This document shows positions 13,765 through 27,625 of a stretch of DNA of 64,000 bases, in pieces (position 1 is the stretch's first letter; the number at the start of each line of letters is the position of its first letter). The stretch lies in the NCBI GenBank assembly GCA_030265395.1, contig JARFYF010000063.1:108867345-108931344 (forward strand). Direction: 5' to 3'. The stretch is from Rhina ancylostomus (taxonomy: Eukaryota). The position numbers were made by a program, and so were the translations under genes. The notes below the pieces were generated by a model, which made no database searches, was not told where the DNA came from, and worked only from the letters and a program-made list of their open reading frames with translations.

Positions 13765-14097
13765 GTGTCAGTTGTTGGATGTTCATACTCCACTCTAGAT
13801 TTCAATATATAATCTAACCTTCATATGGACATTGAAAATTTCTGGATGTTATTCAAGAGTAAGGAAAATCCAGCAGTGTTTTAATCAAAATTTATCCAGG
13901 AGCAAAAATCACAAAAACAGATTGTCTGGTCATTTTTGTATTGCAGTAGGAATGTTGCTGTGAGAAATTTGGCTGACTCATTTCCTGTTTTACAGTAGTT
14001 ACCTTAGCTCAAACAAATGAAGTTCATTGACTTTAAAAGATTTTGATGATGCCTGAGGTCATGAAAAGTGATTTCTGAATGCATGATCTTTCTTTGA
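13765..14097 (+). mobile_element. SacSINE1/Deu-domain SINE relic
   Basis: aaaacagattgtctggtcattt...ttgctgtgagaaatttggctg...ttcattgac...cctgaggtcatgaaaag, resembling the recalled Deu-SINE consensus. Confidence 0.65.
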
Positions 14098-14534
14098 TGT
14101 CATTCTTCCCCAATCAGTATCTTACTGAAATCACTAAGACTCATTACAGCTTTTGGGTCTGCCTTTGATGTTCTTATTGATGTGGTGGTTTGAGTCATTG
14201 CTGTAAATGGTCTGGTTGTCTTACAAGAGTGGGTCTGCAGTGTTCAACATTTCATTGTTCAATAGTGTAATAAGAGTATATCACACAGTACTATTGTATG
14301 TTTCAAAGTTGGTAAAGCAATCAGCAATACACTGGCAATCGATTGGGGCCATTATCACTTCTGATCTGAAACTGGACAGTTTGACCCACATTGTTCTACT
14401 CTACAAGCAAATCCATCTAGTTTTGAAAATGTTCTCTATGCAGGCAGCCTTTCACAGTTTGGGGAAAAAAAACATTTGTTTTGAAATATGACACAAAAAA
14501 AAAACAAAAACTCTTTGGTAAGAGGAATCACAGG

Positions 14535-14935
14535 TGGATTATTATCTAAATGGGAGAGACAGGAAGGAAGTGAAATTAAGAGGGATCTAGGCGTTCTAGT
14601 ACATGAATCTCAAAAAGTTATCAGGCAGGTCCAACAAGTAGTTAAAAAGGCAAATGCATATTGACCTTGTATTACTAAGTGATTGGAGTTTAAGAACAAA
14701 AGAGCTGTTTTGTTTCAGTTGTACAGAATGTTGGTGAGACCACACCTGGAATACTGTGCACAGTTTTGGTCCCATTACCTAAGCAAATTATATCATACAT
14801 TGGAGGCAATCCAATGGAGATTCATTGGGCTAATTCCTGGGATGAGAGGATTGTCCTATCCTGAGAGGCTAGATAGTTTGTGTCTGTATTCCTTGGAGTT
14901 TAGAAAAAATTAGGGGTGACTCTATTCAAGCATAC
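14535..14935 (+). mobile_element. CR1 LINE ORF2 C-terminal fragment
   Basis: LYRMLVRPHLEYCAQFWSHYL...LEAIQWRF...GMRGLSYPERL. Confidence 0.85.
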
Positions 14936-15069
14936 CCATTCAATGGATTTGGTGGATTTTGAGAGTCAGCACTGGCCATATCTTTCCATTGTATTGAAGT
15001 GCCTACTGTAAATAGTCCAGGTCTTGGAAGCATAGAAGAGGGCAGGGATCACTGCTACCCATCAGATCA

Positions 15070-15590
15070 TGAAGTTCATGCCAGGTCTGAGGTCTTGCAA
15101 AACCTGAGATCTTCAAAAACCTTTTTCCTCAGTAAACAAAGGTGCACAGAAGCTGAATTTTGTCATTAACGTTTGCCTTTGCCAAGTTATGAGTAATGAT
15201 CCACATTTTCAAGGTTCTCACTATGAACTTTTGACAGAGGGCAGTGTGTTGCAGTGAGGCCAGGTTGATAAAGGAGCATTGTCCTAAGTATGTTGAGCCT
15301 GTGGCCCATTCTCTTGTATGCTTCAGTGAATGAATCAATTATGGCTTTGAACTTGGGCTCTGGGCATACATAAACTCGCATTTCATTTTCACAATGTTGC
15401 TCATTCCGAGGTTTGGATAACCTTGGTTCTGGAGCCTAGTCTCTGTAGGTTGAATAGTTTCCCATTACTTATAAAGATTAGCTCCAATTCCACGGGAAGT
15501 CACTGGAACTGAGGATCAACATTGTGATGAGAAAGATTGAGAAAAGTGTTGAGGCATGATGCAACTTTGCTTTATGTTTGTCTTCACTGA
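15070..15590 (-). mobile_element. RTE-clade LINE RT fragment
   Basis: Minus strand reads AIIDSFTEAYKRMGHRLNILRTMLLYQP...ENLENVDHYS, followed by a ...ANVNDKIQ remnant. Confidence 0.7.
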
Positions 15591-16052
15591 GATTGGTTCT
15601 GTTGCTGATCCATTTGATAATTTGGTACACTTCTATCACATAGTATTAACATCCTATTCCATGCCTCTGTCACCTCTAGAGATGTCATTCTAGACTCTTT
15701 CTTTCTCCCTTGTTCTGTCTCTAGTAAACTTGAGTTGGTTCAAACTCCTGATTATGTCCTAATTTGGACAAAGTCAGGTTCACACATCTCTATTGACCTC
15801 CACGGGCTCCTGCTTGAGCAGTGTTTAATTTTAAAATAGACATCCTTGTTTTCCAATTGCTTCATGTCCTTATCCTCACAACCCCTACTCATCTCCCACA
15901 TCACTGTAATCGCCAGCTCTTCACCCTTTATGACATGTACAGACTTAAAATTGTGGGCTCTTGAGCACATATGATTCAAGTCTTTCCACCACTGACTCCC
16001 ATGCCTATAAACTTGCCAAGGCTATAAACTTTGGAATTCCTTCCCTGAGCCT

Positions 16053-16259
16053 TCTCCGTTCTAAGTTCAAAGGTTTTAAATCCAAGTCCTACTGAATATT
16101 TGAGCTACATAGAAATCCCTATGTGATTTTTTTTTTTGCCATCATGTCTTCTGTGGGATTCCCTTATTCCACAGTGCTATATACGATTTGATATACTCTT
16201 TGTAGTCTCCGTTCTAAGTTCAAAGGTTTTAAATCCAAGTCCCACTGAATATTTGAGCT
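16053..16259 (+). repeat. 54-bp direct repeat pair (1 mismatch) flanking 99 bp
   Basis: tctccgttctaagttcaaaggttttaaatccaagtccYactgaatatttgagct at 16053-16106 and 16206-16259. Confidence 0.95.
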
Positions 16260-16261
16260 GC

Positions 16262-16510
16262 ATTATTGAAGGTGCAATTTTCTGACTGGCACTGTGCAGC
16301 ATTCTTATCTGCTTGCTTGTGAGTTTTCAATCATCCATCAATAGTAAAAGATGATCATCTGCTCACTCTTCTGCCGTTTGTGGGAATATGCTGTGTACGA
16401 GTTGAATGCATCTTTTACTTGCATAACAACCGTGATTGCATTTCAAAAGTAACCCACTGGACGTGGAGCACTTCAAAATGACCCAGGGATTGAAGAAAAA
16501 GTATATTTAC
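16262..16510 (+). mobile_element. SacSINE1/Deu-domain SINE relic
   Basis: gtttgtgggaatatgctgtgtac...acaaccgtgattgcatttcaaaagtaacccactggacgtggagcactt. Confidence 0.6.
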
Positions 16511-17959
16511 TTTTCCATCTTTATTTTTTCTTTTCTCCAGTTCACACTCCCTGTTTCCTTCCCTTGCTGCTCTTCCCATTTTACTCATTCCTTCTTCCCA
16601 AAACAGTTATTTGCTCTGATTGCTGAGCAATCCTTTCAATCGTGAAAGCTTGTGTCCTCATCCCAAATGTCCTTGGAAGGATATTTCCTACAGTTCCTAA
16701 TCCATATCATTCCATGTTTCCTAATCTATTTTCTATTTATTGAAATCTTTTTTTGAAGTTTTCTTTTTAATTGCAAGAGAGAAAATATTTACAAATATTT
16801 CTATCATAGCTATTTGTAAACTAAGTCAACATCGAAATACAAAAGCATCCTTTTTGGTAACATTTGGAGAAGCTTACCTTAAGAAATGTATTATGTATAA
16901 GGTCCTAACTAAATTGTGATTTTGCAAAAATTGGTGATTCCATAACGTTAAGGTCTCTACTACATGGGGCTGTATTGTCTGACCCACTCCCAGATTCTGC
17001 CATCAAGCCACCCGAGCCCCTACACAGACTTGCCTTTTTCTGCAGCCGAAATGCCCTAAACCAAATCAATCATGTTCCTGGATTGGAGCAGTGAACTGCA
17101 GTACACTGTGAATGTGTACTGGAAACAAAAATGCTGGTCTGTAATGTAACACACTCCACACATGAGCTAAAGACATGATTTAAACGTTTTAAAAGTTTAT
17201 GTAGCTTAAGACTGCTCTCCCCACTCCACATGAAAATGCCTATTGATCACTGTACACTACTACAGTACATAACTAAATATTATGTTTCCACAGTTTTTCT
17301 CTGCCTTGACTGCAATTTTTTTTTTGAAGTTCACCCCATAATTTATGTAGGGCCTTAAATATGTAGCTCTGGAGCATATAGACCCTTCGGCATCATTTAA
17401 TTGCTGAAATGCAAAATATAAATATTGAGTCTTATAAAACAGATTTATATTGACTGTTAAATATTTACTTTGAGACCATGTTCAGAATTCCAGTGTTACA
17501 AATTCATAAGTTATGAAGCATCTATTTACTTAAAGGGGCAGTGAATAAATGTGTAAAGTTGTATTGCTGCGCTGCATTTAGCCCTCAAATCTGACAGCTG
17601 AAAAATTAACCATCCACAGAGGGTTAACTAGATCCTGAAGATTACAGTGTCTATTTAAAGACAAATTCCATGAGTTATTACATGCTCACATTAGGCCAAA
17701 TTGCTCACAAAGACCTGTTGACCTCTAGGTTTTCCCTTTCATATCATTAATTTTATTTGTCTGTCAGTTTTGGTGGATGTGTGTCATTCAGCAATAGTGC
17801 ATCACTGACCAGGTTGAGCACCCAGTCATGTTGAAGAAATCCCAAAATAGCAAACCATATATTAAAAAAACAACCTTCAAAGATTTCAGACTGAGTCAAA
17901 TAAAGATTGGAACATAAGCATACAATAGAACATAAAATATCAAAATGCTTTAAAAAAAA

Positions 17960-18140
17960 ATTAGTCATGCAGCATGGAAACAGGCCCTTCAGCCCAGCTT
18001 ATACATGCTGACCATGGTCAATCTGAGCTGAGCCTGTATTTGGCCCTTCTGAACCTTTTTCTATACATGTACCCGTCCAAATGTTTTTTAAACATTGTAG
18101 TTGCATCCACCTCTACAGCTTCCTCTGACAGAACATTCCA
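17960..18140 (-). mobile_element. CR1 3' end
   Basis: gcatggaaacaggcccttcagccc...ctatacatgtacccgtccaaatg, reverse homologue of 61650-62142. Confidence 0.7.
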
Positions 18141-19779
18141 TATTAATATTGTTGATTTTCCTGCTAAGGAAAAGCTAACCTATCTGTGTGGAGTCTGACA
18201 GGGTGAAAAATATGTTCCAGTTTGTTTAAAATTTCAATTGCATCCTATTCATCAAGACTCAATTTTTTTGGAAACATTTTGATATTCCTTATTTTATGAA
18301 GGAGGTTGGTGTGTGAGAAGCAGTTCAGAAGAGAGTTTGCAAACACTTGGAATGAATAAGTCTTTTAAAGTGAGTTTGTTCAGGTTTGCCTTGTATCTTC
18401 TGGAGTTTGGAAGAGTGAGAGGGTCTTTATTGAAACATATGCAATCCTGAGGTTTAATGCCATAAAAATAAGGGATTGTCCATTTAAGACAGAGTTGAGA
18501 TATAATTTTTTTTCCTCTTAGAATTACCACTCAGTGGATTTCTGTGATTACACAAAGCAGGCTGCAAATATTGCCATTGTCATAGTAACAATATAGCTGC
18601 AAATTTTGATAGTTCCCCTGTTGTTAAAACTGCAAAATCTGGATCATTGCCATATTAGTTCCAAGTTAACAGAGTTTTGTAGTTTACATGGTTTACTATT
18701 CAACAATGTATTTTTGAATTGTGCATATTTTCTGTTCATTAAATCATGACAGAATAAACTATTGGTTCTGGACAGACTATTTGTGCACAGTCTTCAAATG
18801 AAGTCACTTGGAAAGAGTACGAGATGAAAACTTGAGTAATATGCCAAAAATGTTATAAATTGGTTGAATAACCAGTTATTGAAATTAATCGAAAGTACTA
18901 ACATGGAATATTAATATTTTTATATTTATTATTTTATATCTATGGAATAATAATAATTAATATTTTTTAAAAAATAACATGAAATGTAAAGTTTAGAAAC
19001 AAACTAAATTGTCCACGTCTATGTTCACGCACCATAAACAGTGTCTTCTTTCCCCCCCCCCTTCATCTCACTCCACTAGCATAACATATTCTTTTCCCTT
19101 TCATCTGTTTTTCTATCTTCCATTAAAATGCTGGTCCATCTCAACTCCTGCTGGTGGTGCCATAGTCTCTGGGTAAAGTAATCGTTTCTAAATTACTGAC
19201 TTGATTCACTGGTGCCAACTTGTATTTTGGCCCTTTGTTTTTTTTTATTTCCGTACGGAAGTGGTAATCTATTTATTACTTTGGCCATTCTATCCTTGCA
19301 GATGAAGACAGATGGTATTTCTAAACTTTTCTTTAAAGTTCTTGAATGTTATTTTCACCCACTTCCTAACCATATGCCACATTACCAAACTACAACTCTG
19401 TATGTGAATCCTTCCATTTAGGTTTACAGCCTGCTATAGTTTAGAAACACTTTATATCAATATTGAAAATTATATTCTATGTTTATGACTGTGATAAGAC
19501 TTCATTCTTCTAGACATGTCTGGAGCCTGTTGCTATTTAGTCACTTAAAAATGAAAACAGAATATAATCCTTTCAAGCTTATCTCCAAAGCCAGTTTCCT
19601 TAGTCAAGCTTTCAGTCACGTCTCCTAAACTCACCAAATCCTGGTGACCATGTCCCCAATCAACCAAGCCCTGTGAGAGTTTGTCAGGCTTGAGGGGCCC
19701 AGTAGCTGACTCCTGCACCTATTTTCTTATGTTTAGAAGAGATGTTGGCAAGGGCACTGACAAAATAGCATATGGTTAT

Positions 19780-19985
19780 AGCAGTGAAAACAGAAAATAG
19801 CCAGAATAAACTGGAAAATATTGACAGAGAGAGAAACAAGAGTTAATGTTTCTGGTCAATGATTTTGCATCAGATGATGACTGATTTTTGTTTCTCTCTC
19901 CATTGATACTGCCTGACCTGCTGAACTTTCCAGTACTTTCTGTTTTTATTTCAGATTTTCAGCATCTGCAGTTTTTTTTTTGTGT
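19780..19985. mobile_element. Two PLE terminal-repeat fragments in inverted orientation
   Basis: A minus-strand half (gagagagaaacaagagttaatgtttctggtcaat...catcaga) is followed by a plus-strand half (tgtttctctctcc...gcctgacctgctga...cagcatctgcag). Confidence 0.55.
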
Positions 19986-20448
19986 TTTGATATGATTACA
20001 TCATTCTGTTCCCTGCTGTCTCAGGGACAATACTTTTACAGTCCTCTCTGAATGAATGCAATAAAATATTATTTTTCATCTCCCTGTGTTAAAATTGTGA
20101 GCTGCCTGAACAGCTCTGAAAATAGCTNNNNNNNNNNNNNNNNNNNNNNNNNNNNNNNNATATCCATTTACTGGAGTGGTAAAGTGAATTATCAATTTGA
20201 TTTTTCATCACCAAGGCCATGCAGGTTTGCCACATTCAAATTAGTTCTGAATTTGACTGCTGGTTGCCTTTAATTCAACTGAAGGCTTCCTCTTGAAAAC
20301 CTAGACAAGAAAATGCTGGGGATTGGGGACAAAACACTATTGTAATTTCCAAGAGTTTTAAGTTGCACAACTTAGGCTTGTGTTCAGTCAGAGCAATTAA
20401 CTGGAGCNNNNNNNNNNAGTTTGGCCTCTGAGCAAGTCCATTGTAGAG

Positions 20449-20451
<3 letters not shown>

Positions 20452-20516
<65 letters not shown>
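20452..20516. repeat. (CA)n microsatellite, about 32 units
   Basis: Uninterrupted CA run. Confidence 0.99.
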
Positions 20517-20518
<2 letters not shown>

Positions 20519-21849
20519 TCCTGTAACCTATTCTGCCTCACTTTCCCTTTTAATGTCTCCTACCACCCACCTCTACCACCTGCACCGGGGCAGTTTGCGG
20601 TTGCCATTTAACTTAACAACTGGTGTTAATGCAAGAGGCTGTCATAGTTGTATTCAGATTTCTGATTAAACTTGGAGCCAGTAATTGGGCCAGTGAAAGC
20701 TGCTGACATTAAATATATCATTAATCAGCAGAGATCTTGTGACACCACTAAGAACATTGAAACCAGAGTAAAACATTCAACTCCTTAAGAGAATTCTATA
20801 TTTTAATGCAATCGTGGCTGATCCCTCAACAAACTTCACGTACTCATGTTTGCTGCACACTCCTTAATTAATTTTGTTAACATAAAAGAATCACTTTTCC
20901 TGAAGTTCTTTGTAAACCAATAACATCCTTCGCTTGTGATAGTATTTTCTTACTTCATTTGTGAATAGCCTGACTCTGATGACTCCCACTGAGACTGTCC
21001 CAAACAAATGTACACAGTTTCCCAGTATCTGGACAACTGGATATCAGGGAAATCTCTTGACTTCAGGTTCAAATTATCCCTGAACCTACCAAAGTTGAGG
21101 GAATACTACTTAGGTTTGTGTAATTGCTCTACTTAATGTAATCATTGATGTCCAATTGTCATCTTTGTCAAAGATTGATAAATCTTTGCTGTATTCTCTA
21201 CAAGGCCATGAAATCTTTATTGGGCTTATAAAGACCAAGATTTCATGAGTATTTTTGGTTATTTTCTGTGGCATTTTAATAACCTATACTGAAGAGCTTT
21301 GATTCTTTGCACCTCCGTTTCTAGCATTTTAGAAAGCAAGCATTCTGTTCTTTCTCTTTTTAGTCCAAAGTGGATTATTTAACCTTTGCTTGCATTGTAA
21401 TCAATTTTTCAAAACTTTGCCCATCATTGAATGTATTATACTTGTTTGTAATTTTATACTTTAATACACAGTGCACCAAACTTTTATGTAGTCTGTGAAC
21501 TTGGATTTGTAGCTTTTCTATCTCATCAACTAATTGTGTATAGATATGGTGGACAGTGAGGATCCAACATGTCCAAGTAGGTAACCCACTGGTCATTTTT
21601 TAAGATCTTTGTGGAATGCTGAAAGAGTTGTGAAAAGGATCTGTATAAAGAGCAACCCTATCCTCAATGATAGCAGGCCCAGCACATGTGTTCTAAAGAC
21701 AAGGGTGAAGCATTCACAACTGTTTTTGGCCACAAATACCGAGTTTATGATCAGTCTCTGTTTTTCTCCTGAGATCTCCACCATAACTGAAGTTATTTAG
21801 CAGTGATTTGATTCTCTCCATGTGATATCAAAAGACAGCTGAGTTCACT

Positions 21850-23295
21850 GGATACAGCTTAGGCTATGGGATTATGAAAGATCCCAGCTTTAGTACTGAA
21901 CAACTGCGTTGTAGAACTAGCTGCACCTCTCGCCAGGCTGGTCCAGTACAAATGCCGCTATAACTTGGCCATCAACTCAACCAATGTGGATATTGCCCAG
22001 GTATGTCTGCTTCAGAAATAGAATAAATTCAGTCTGATTAATTGCTGCCCAACCAGTCTACATTCAATCAGCCACGTGATGGAAGATGTTATCAACAGTA
22101 CTATAAAGCAACACCCAAGTCACCAGTGCCTGGGTTTTGTCAAGACCACTTGGCTCCAGAAGTTGTCACAGCCTTGGTCCAAATGTGGACCAAAGAGTTG
22201 TTCCAGAGATAAGGTGAGAGCCCATGACATCGATGTAGCATGCATGCCCTATAAAACTGACAACAGTGGACGTCGAAAGGGAAACACTCCAGTGGCTGGA
22301 GTCATGCCATGTACAAAGGAAGGTTGATATGGTTATTAGAGGCATTTATTCCATTCCCAAGCATCTTCAGCTGCTTCATTAATGGCCATGCTTCCATCCT
22401 AAGGTCAGAAATGGGATTGTTCTGTGATTGCATATTGTTGAATTCTGTCCTCGTCTCCTCAGCAAATGCAGCTGTCTACATATGCGTGTAGCAACATTCC
22501 AACTTTGGCTGGAAAGTGGCAAATACCATTCGTACCATGAGAGTGTCAGAAAAAGGCCACCTTGAAAACGTGAGATTCTAACTATCTACCCTTGACATTC
22601 AATAATGTTGCTGTAATCAAGTCCCTCACTACCAAAAATCTTAGTGGAGTGAGGGTCACTATTGACCAGAAACGCAGCTGGATCAACCACAAATACTGTG
22701 GCTTAAAGAGCAGGTCCATTGTTCATTATTTTGCAGCAAGTGATCCACTTCTCGGCAGCACAAAGTCTTTCCACTATCTACAAAGCATAGGACAGGAGTG
22801 GGATGGAATAACGTCCACATGCCTGGATGAATGCAACTCCAGCAACTCTCAGGAAGCTCAACACCATGCAACCTTGGATATAGACATAACAGCCTTTTTG
22901 TTTGGTTCCCCATCCACATTAATTCCCTCCACCACCAGTGCACGGTGATTGCAGAGTGAACCCCCATCTACAAAATGCACTGATTTACACACCTAGGCAA
23001 CTCCAACAGTATCTCACAAATCTGTGACCTCCACTAGTAAAAATGGCAAGCACTTCAGAAACATGCCTGACAACACCGCATGCCTGTCCCCATCGATGTT
23101 GTATATCATCCTGACTCAAAAATATATTACCTCTCCTTCATTGGTGCTGATTCTAAATTCTGGCAATCATGCCCCAACAAAATTGTACCTTCAAATGAAG
23201 GACTGTAGCAGTTCAAGAAGGCTGTTTACCACCACATTGTCAAGGGCAATAAAGAATGGACAATAAATGCTGGCCCAGCAAGCAACGCCCAGAAA
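21850..23295 (+). mobile_element. Old CR1/L2-clade LINE RT-to-3' end fragment
   Basis: Decayed ELAAPLARL...W.IAQV...VMEDVIN motifs; 3' end caccacattgtcaagggcaataaagaatggacaataaatgctggcc. Confidence 0.65.
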
Positions 23296-26200
23296 AATGC
23301 AAGTCTTTCTTTCCGTGCTGATACACAAACATATACAATCTCCTTTCTTCAAAAAAATTACTCTCAAAAATATTTGCCTGAATAAAGCCTAAAAAATTTT
23401 CAGCATATTAAAATAAAAACTATTATTCCAAACAGTGCTGAAGGGTGAAGAGAAAGGACTGGGCTGAGTAAATGTTACTGATGCATCCTGGAATATTGTA
23501 CACATTGTCAAACCACAAGGTTGCTGTGATGTGATCAACATGAAAATCAATTAAAGGAAGCCTCAGAAACTGAAAAGATTAACCAATGGTTAAACATATT
23601 CATATTTTGAAAATTAGACATTTTTATATCAATATTTTGTTCAGACTGGCACTTTGGAATTTAAAATTTCAATAGATGTATTTCACTTTTCTTTGTCTGC
23701 ATTGATGGGGGAAAAAGAAGTATCTTTTAGTTTACCTTCTCTTTAATTGGCAGACTTTTCTAACTCCATTCAGGTTTGTTTCCATAAGTCTTCCTTGTAT
23801 CATAAACATTCTACAATAATGGCTTTTCCTTTACTTTTGTGAATAGCAATAACATTCACAAGTTAGGCCATCGTTCCTTAGGAGTCTGTTGATATTTTGC
23901 CTCTGTGTGGCATCTGGCACTAGATTAACTTGGATATAGAAATGTGTAATTTGTGCATTTGTCACTGAGCTTTGCAGATCTGTTTGTCAAAAGAGTATAA
24001 TCCAGATTATTGCAGACTCAAGATAGTCTCTGAATAACTTTAAACCCATTGATTTAAATCATGCCTTTTGTAAGGATGACAAAAATAGATATTGTTCATG
24101 TAATTGCACTGTGACAACAGTGATAAATGTTGGAAGTGATAGGGCTATGGACCATTAGAGTAGGGTACAGATTAAGTACTGTTAAATATGATTAGTACAG
24201 ATTGATACTTGATGGTCAGCATGCCCATGGTAGGCTGAAGGGCCTGTTTCTGTGCTGTATGACGATATTGAAGGCAGGAAAAGAAGTGAGAGAGATGGCA
24301 AGTATATGGGGAAAAAATAAATATAGTACCTAGGAAGTCGATAAAAATTTTAAAAAGACTGTTACTGATTGTGATTGAAAGCCTGGACTTGAACCATTAA
24401 GTTCTAATGGCAACTTTTCTCTCAATTAAAAGCAGTGATATAATTCCTAAAGTACATTTAGCAATATTACTTACAATGAGTGAAAGGGAAATATGGCTGA
24501 TAAGCATTTAGTCTTATTGATCTGACCACATTGCACTTATTTTTTTGTTTTAGGAGTGAACCAGCCATTCCTAGAATCCAGTTATAGAGCCTGGCTGAAT
24601 AAAAGCTGGCTCATATTATTTCTTCCCACTCTTAGTCTCATTCCTCTGATATCAATAATAATTCAATATACATGAAATGATACTGCTGCATCATGCATAG
24701 CATCAGCATATTTTGTGGAGCAGTGATGTGAAAATAATGAAAATCGAATATATCATTCTTGCAATTCACACAATCCACCAAGAATAAGCTATCTGACATT
24801 TTCTTTGTATACATGCTATAAAGTACTTAACGATCCCTCTGTAGTACACTTGTACATTGTTGGTTTATAGCTTTTAATATGCTCATATATTTCCTTCATC
24901 AGATGGTGGTAAAGCCATTATTGCAGCAAGCTTAGTTGATCTACATTCAGAGCTTGCAAGGTAACAGCAACACTTCGTAAATGTTTAAAATATAATCAAA
25001 ACTTGTATACCAATCTACAGTACAAATAACGTAACAAATTTACTTAGAACAGAAAATCTTTTCAGATCATTCCCTTATACATATATTTACTGTGGCCAAG
25101 AAAACATCCCTCAGACCAAAAGATTTTGTATCGCATTATTATCTGTATTATCATGAGCAGTAAATCAACTTTCATATTCAATACACAAAAAATAAAACCA
25201 TTATCAGAAATTTGATGGTCACTAAGATTGTCTTTTGAAAATCCATTTATAACTCCAGTGAAACTATGGCACGTGATTTCACTCCAGAGAATACTTCAAG
25301 GTAATTGAGATGAATGCAGCTGCCTCTGATCGATAAGAGGCAAAGCAGAATACTGCACTGTCCTGGCTCTCCATAGCCAATGTTTTAACTTCTGTGACTG
25401 CAGACCTAATTCTTCCTGCATCTCCTTTTGTAATTGGTCCAGTAAATTGGAAAGTTCATTCTTTGTCACTCTTCCTTTGCCTTGTGTCATGATCCTGGTA
25501 ACAAAACACTAACATTGATGATGTCTGCAAATTTCCAGCTGTCATGAACAAAGCTTCTCATGCTTGACTCTCTCATTAGTCACTTGAAACAATCCTTATG
25601 ACCCCCTCTAATTAAGTCATACCTTCCGACAAAAGAAAAAAAAATGACCTTCTGCAAGTTTGGAGTGTTTATTTTACTCTTTCATCTGCTTTCACTGTAC
25701 CTACGTAGCTGTAGCATTTCATAATCAGAAGTTTATATAGAAGATTCCAGAGGTTCTCGTGAGTTTGTGGACCCAAGCACCAGGCTGAGCTGGGAGTAGT
25801 GATCTATGGTGTGCACATGACCCTCAGTGAATCCCAGTTATGTATTTTATTAAAGAGAGGGTTGTGTCATAATCCACCACAAGTCTAAACTCAGCTGGTA
25901 TCCTGTTGCCAAAAAATGCTGGCTGAATTGCAGGATGTTTTATTTTTGAAAATAATGCACACAGAATTGACATTAGTTATGATGATTATGATAAATAGTT
26001 TCTCAATAACAAGGGCATTTGAAGAATTGCAACTGTCAGAAAGATCCCCTTATATTTCAGGAGTATGTTCATTTTGTGTTTTATGTGGGAACTGAATATT
26101 TTTTCCTTATTATTCTTCTGATTAAATAGATGANNNNNNNNNNNNNNNNNNNNNNNNNNNNNNNNNNNNNNNNNNNNNNNNNNNNNNNNNNNNNNNNNNN

Positions 26201-26646
26201 NNNNNNNNNNNNNNNNNNNNNNNNNNNNNNNNNNNNNNNNNNNNNNNNNNNNNNNNNNNNNNNNNNNNNNNNNNNNNNNNNNNNNNNNNNNNNNNNNNNN
26301 NNNNNNNNNNNNNNNNNNNNNNNNNNNNNNNNNNNNNNNNNNNNNNNNNNNNNNNNNNNNNNNNNNNNNNNNNNNNNNNNNNNNNNNNNNNNNNNNNNNN
26401 NNNNNNNNNNNNNNNNNNNNNNNNNNNNNNNNNNNNNNNNNNNNNNNNNNNNNNNNNNNNNNNNNNNNNNNNNNNNNNNNNNNNNNNNNNNNNNNNNNNN
26501 NNNNNNNNNNNNNNNNNNNNNNNNNNNNNNNNNNNNNNNNNNNNNNNNNNNNNNNNNNNNNNNNNNNNNNNNNNNNNNNNNNNNNNNNNNNNNNNNNNNN
26601 NNNNNNNNNNNNNNNNNNNNNNNNNNNNNNNNNNNNNNNNNNNNNN

Positions 26647-26820
26647 TCCCTTCTATATATTGGGCTTCCTCTTTTCCTATCTTCAGTTCTGTAGAAGGAT
26701 CCTGACCCGAAACATTGACTGCCTATTTTTCTCCACGGATGCTGCCTGGCCTGCTGAGTTCCTCCATCATCATGGTGTTTTTCATCTAGATTCCAGCATC
26801 TGCAGTATTTTGTTTCTCTC
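26647..26820 (+). mobile_element. PLE terminal repeat with degenerate hammerhead motif (26684-26721), abutting an N gap
   Basis: CAGTT-CTGTAGA-A-GGA TCCTGA CCC-GAAA-CA-TT-GACTG, followed by the same downstream tail as the copy at 85-258. Confidence 0.75.
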
Positions 26821-26829
26821 CCCTCCCTC

Positions 26830-27625
26830 ACCCAGGCTTGTTTCCCCATTCAGTAAGCTCATGCCAGATCAATTATCTATTCCTGTCAACTGTGTAACCT
26901 TTCACCACACAAGGATCTGTCCACTTTAGCTTTAAGTCTATTCAAAAACTCTGCTCTGCTTAAGAGTGTTTCAATGATTTCTAATTCAAGATTATACAAA
27001 AGAAAAGGCCCTCTTCATATCTACTGTCTAGAAACATTAGGATCTTGTATGTTTCGGTCAAGTCCCTTCTCATTCTTCTGAGCTTGAACAGATACAAGAC
27101 TAGCCTGTCCAACCATTCCTCGTAAGTCCTCTTGTCCATTCCAGATATCAGTGTAGTACAGTTTCCCTGATCCTTCCCAACTCCCAACATATTTCCATCA
27201 TTCCTTAAATGTGCTGAACACTGAGGAAGGATACACTATACTGAACACTGTATTCCAGATGTGATCTCTCCAATGCCATATAACAATTGAAGCATAACCT
27301 CTCTATTTTTGCATTCAGTTATCCGCAATAAACAATAGCACTGTTAATTTTCCTGATTACTTGCTCTACCTGTTGGAAATTGTGGAGAGGAGAACAAAGA
27401 TCCTTCTGCTTCTCAGAGCTCTGCAGTCTCTCGCCATTTGGATAATGTGCTTTTTTTTGTATTTCCTGCTAAAATAGACATTTTCACATTTTCCAACATT
27501 ATGCTCTATGGCCAGATCTTTACCCTTTCACTTAACCCAGCTATATTCCTCCTTGTGTGCTCATCACAACTTACTTTCCTACACACCTTTTTGTTGTTAG
27601 CAAATACAGCAACCATGCTTTCAGT
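26830..27625 (-). mobile_element. Degenerate CR1 ORF2 3' fragment
   Basis: Minus strand reads ...YEEWLDRLVLYLFKLRRMRRDLTETYKIL. Confidence 0.7.

Noticed and set aside
23518-23534. AG-GTT GCT GTG as a possible start of MARK1 exon 3 (VAV...)
   Set aside because: It continues ATG TGA (stop), with no KIIDKTQ and no pyrimidine tract.
25986-26849. Long ORFs (287 aa, 191 aa), and similar ones at 30326-31180, 11438-11820 and 3624-3893
   Set aside because: Their length comes from runs of N translated as X.
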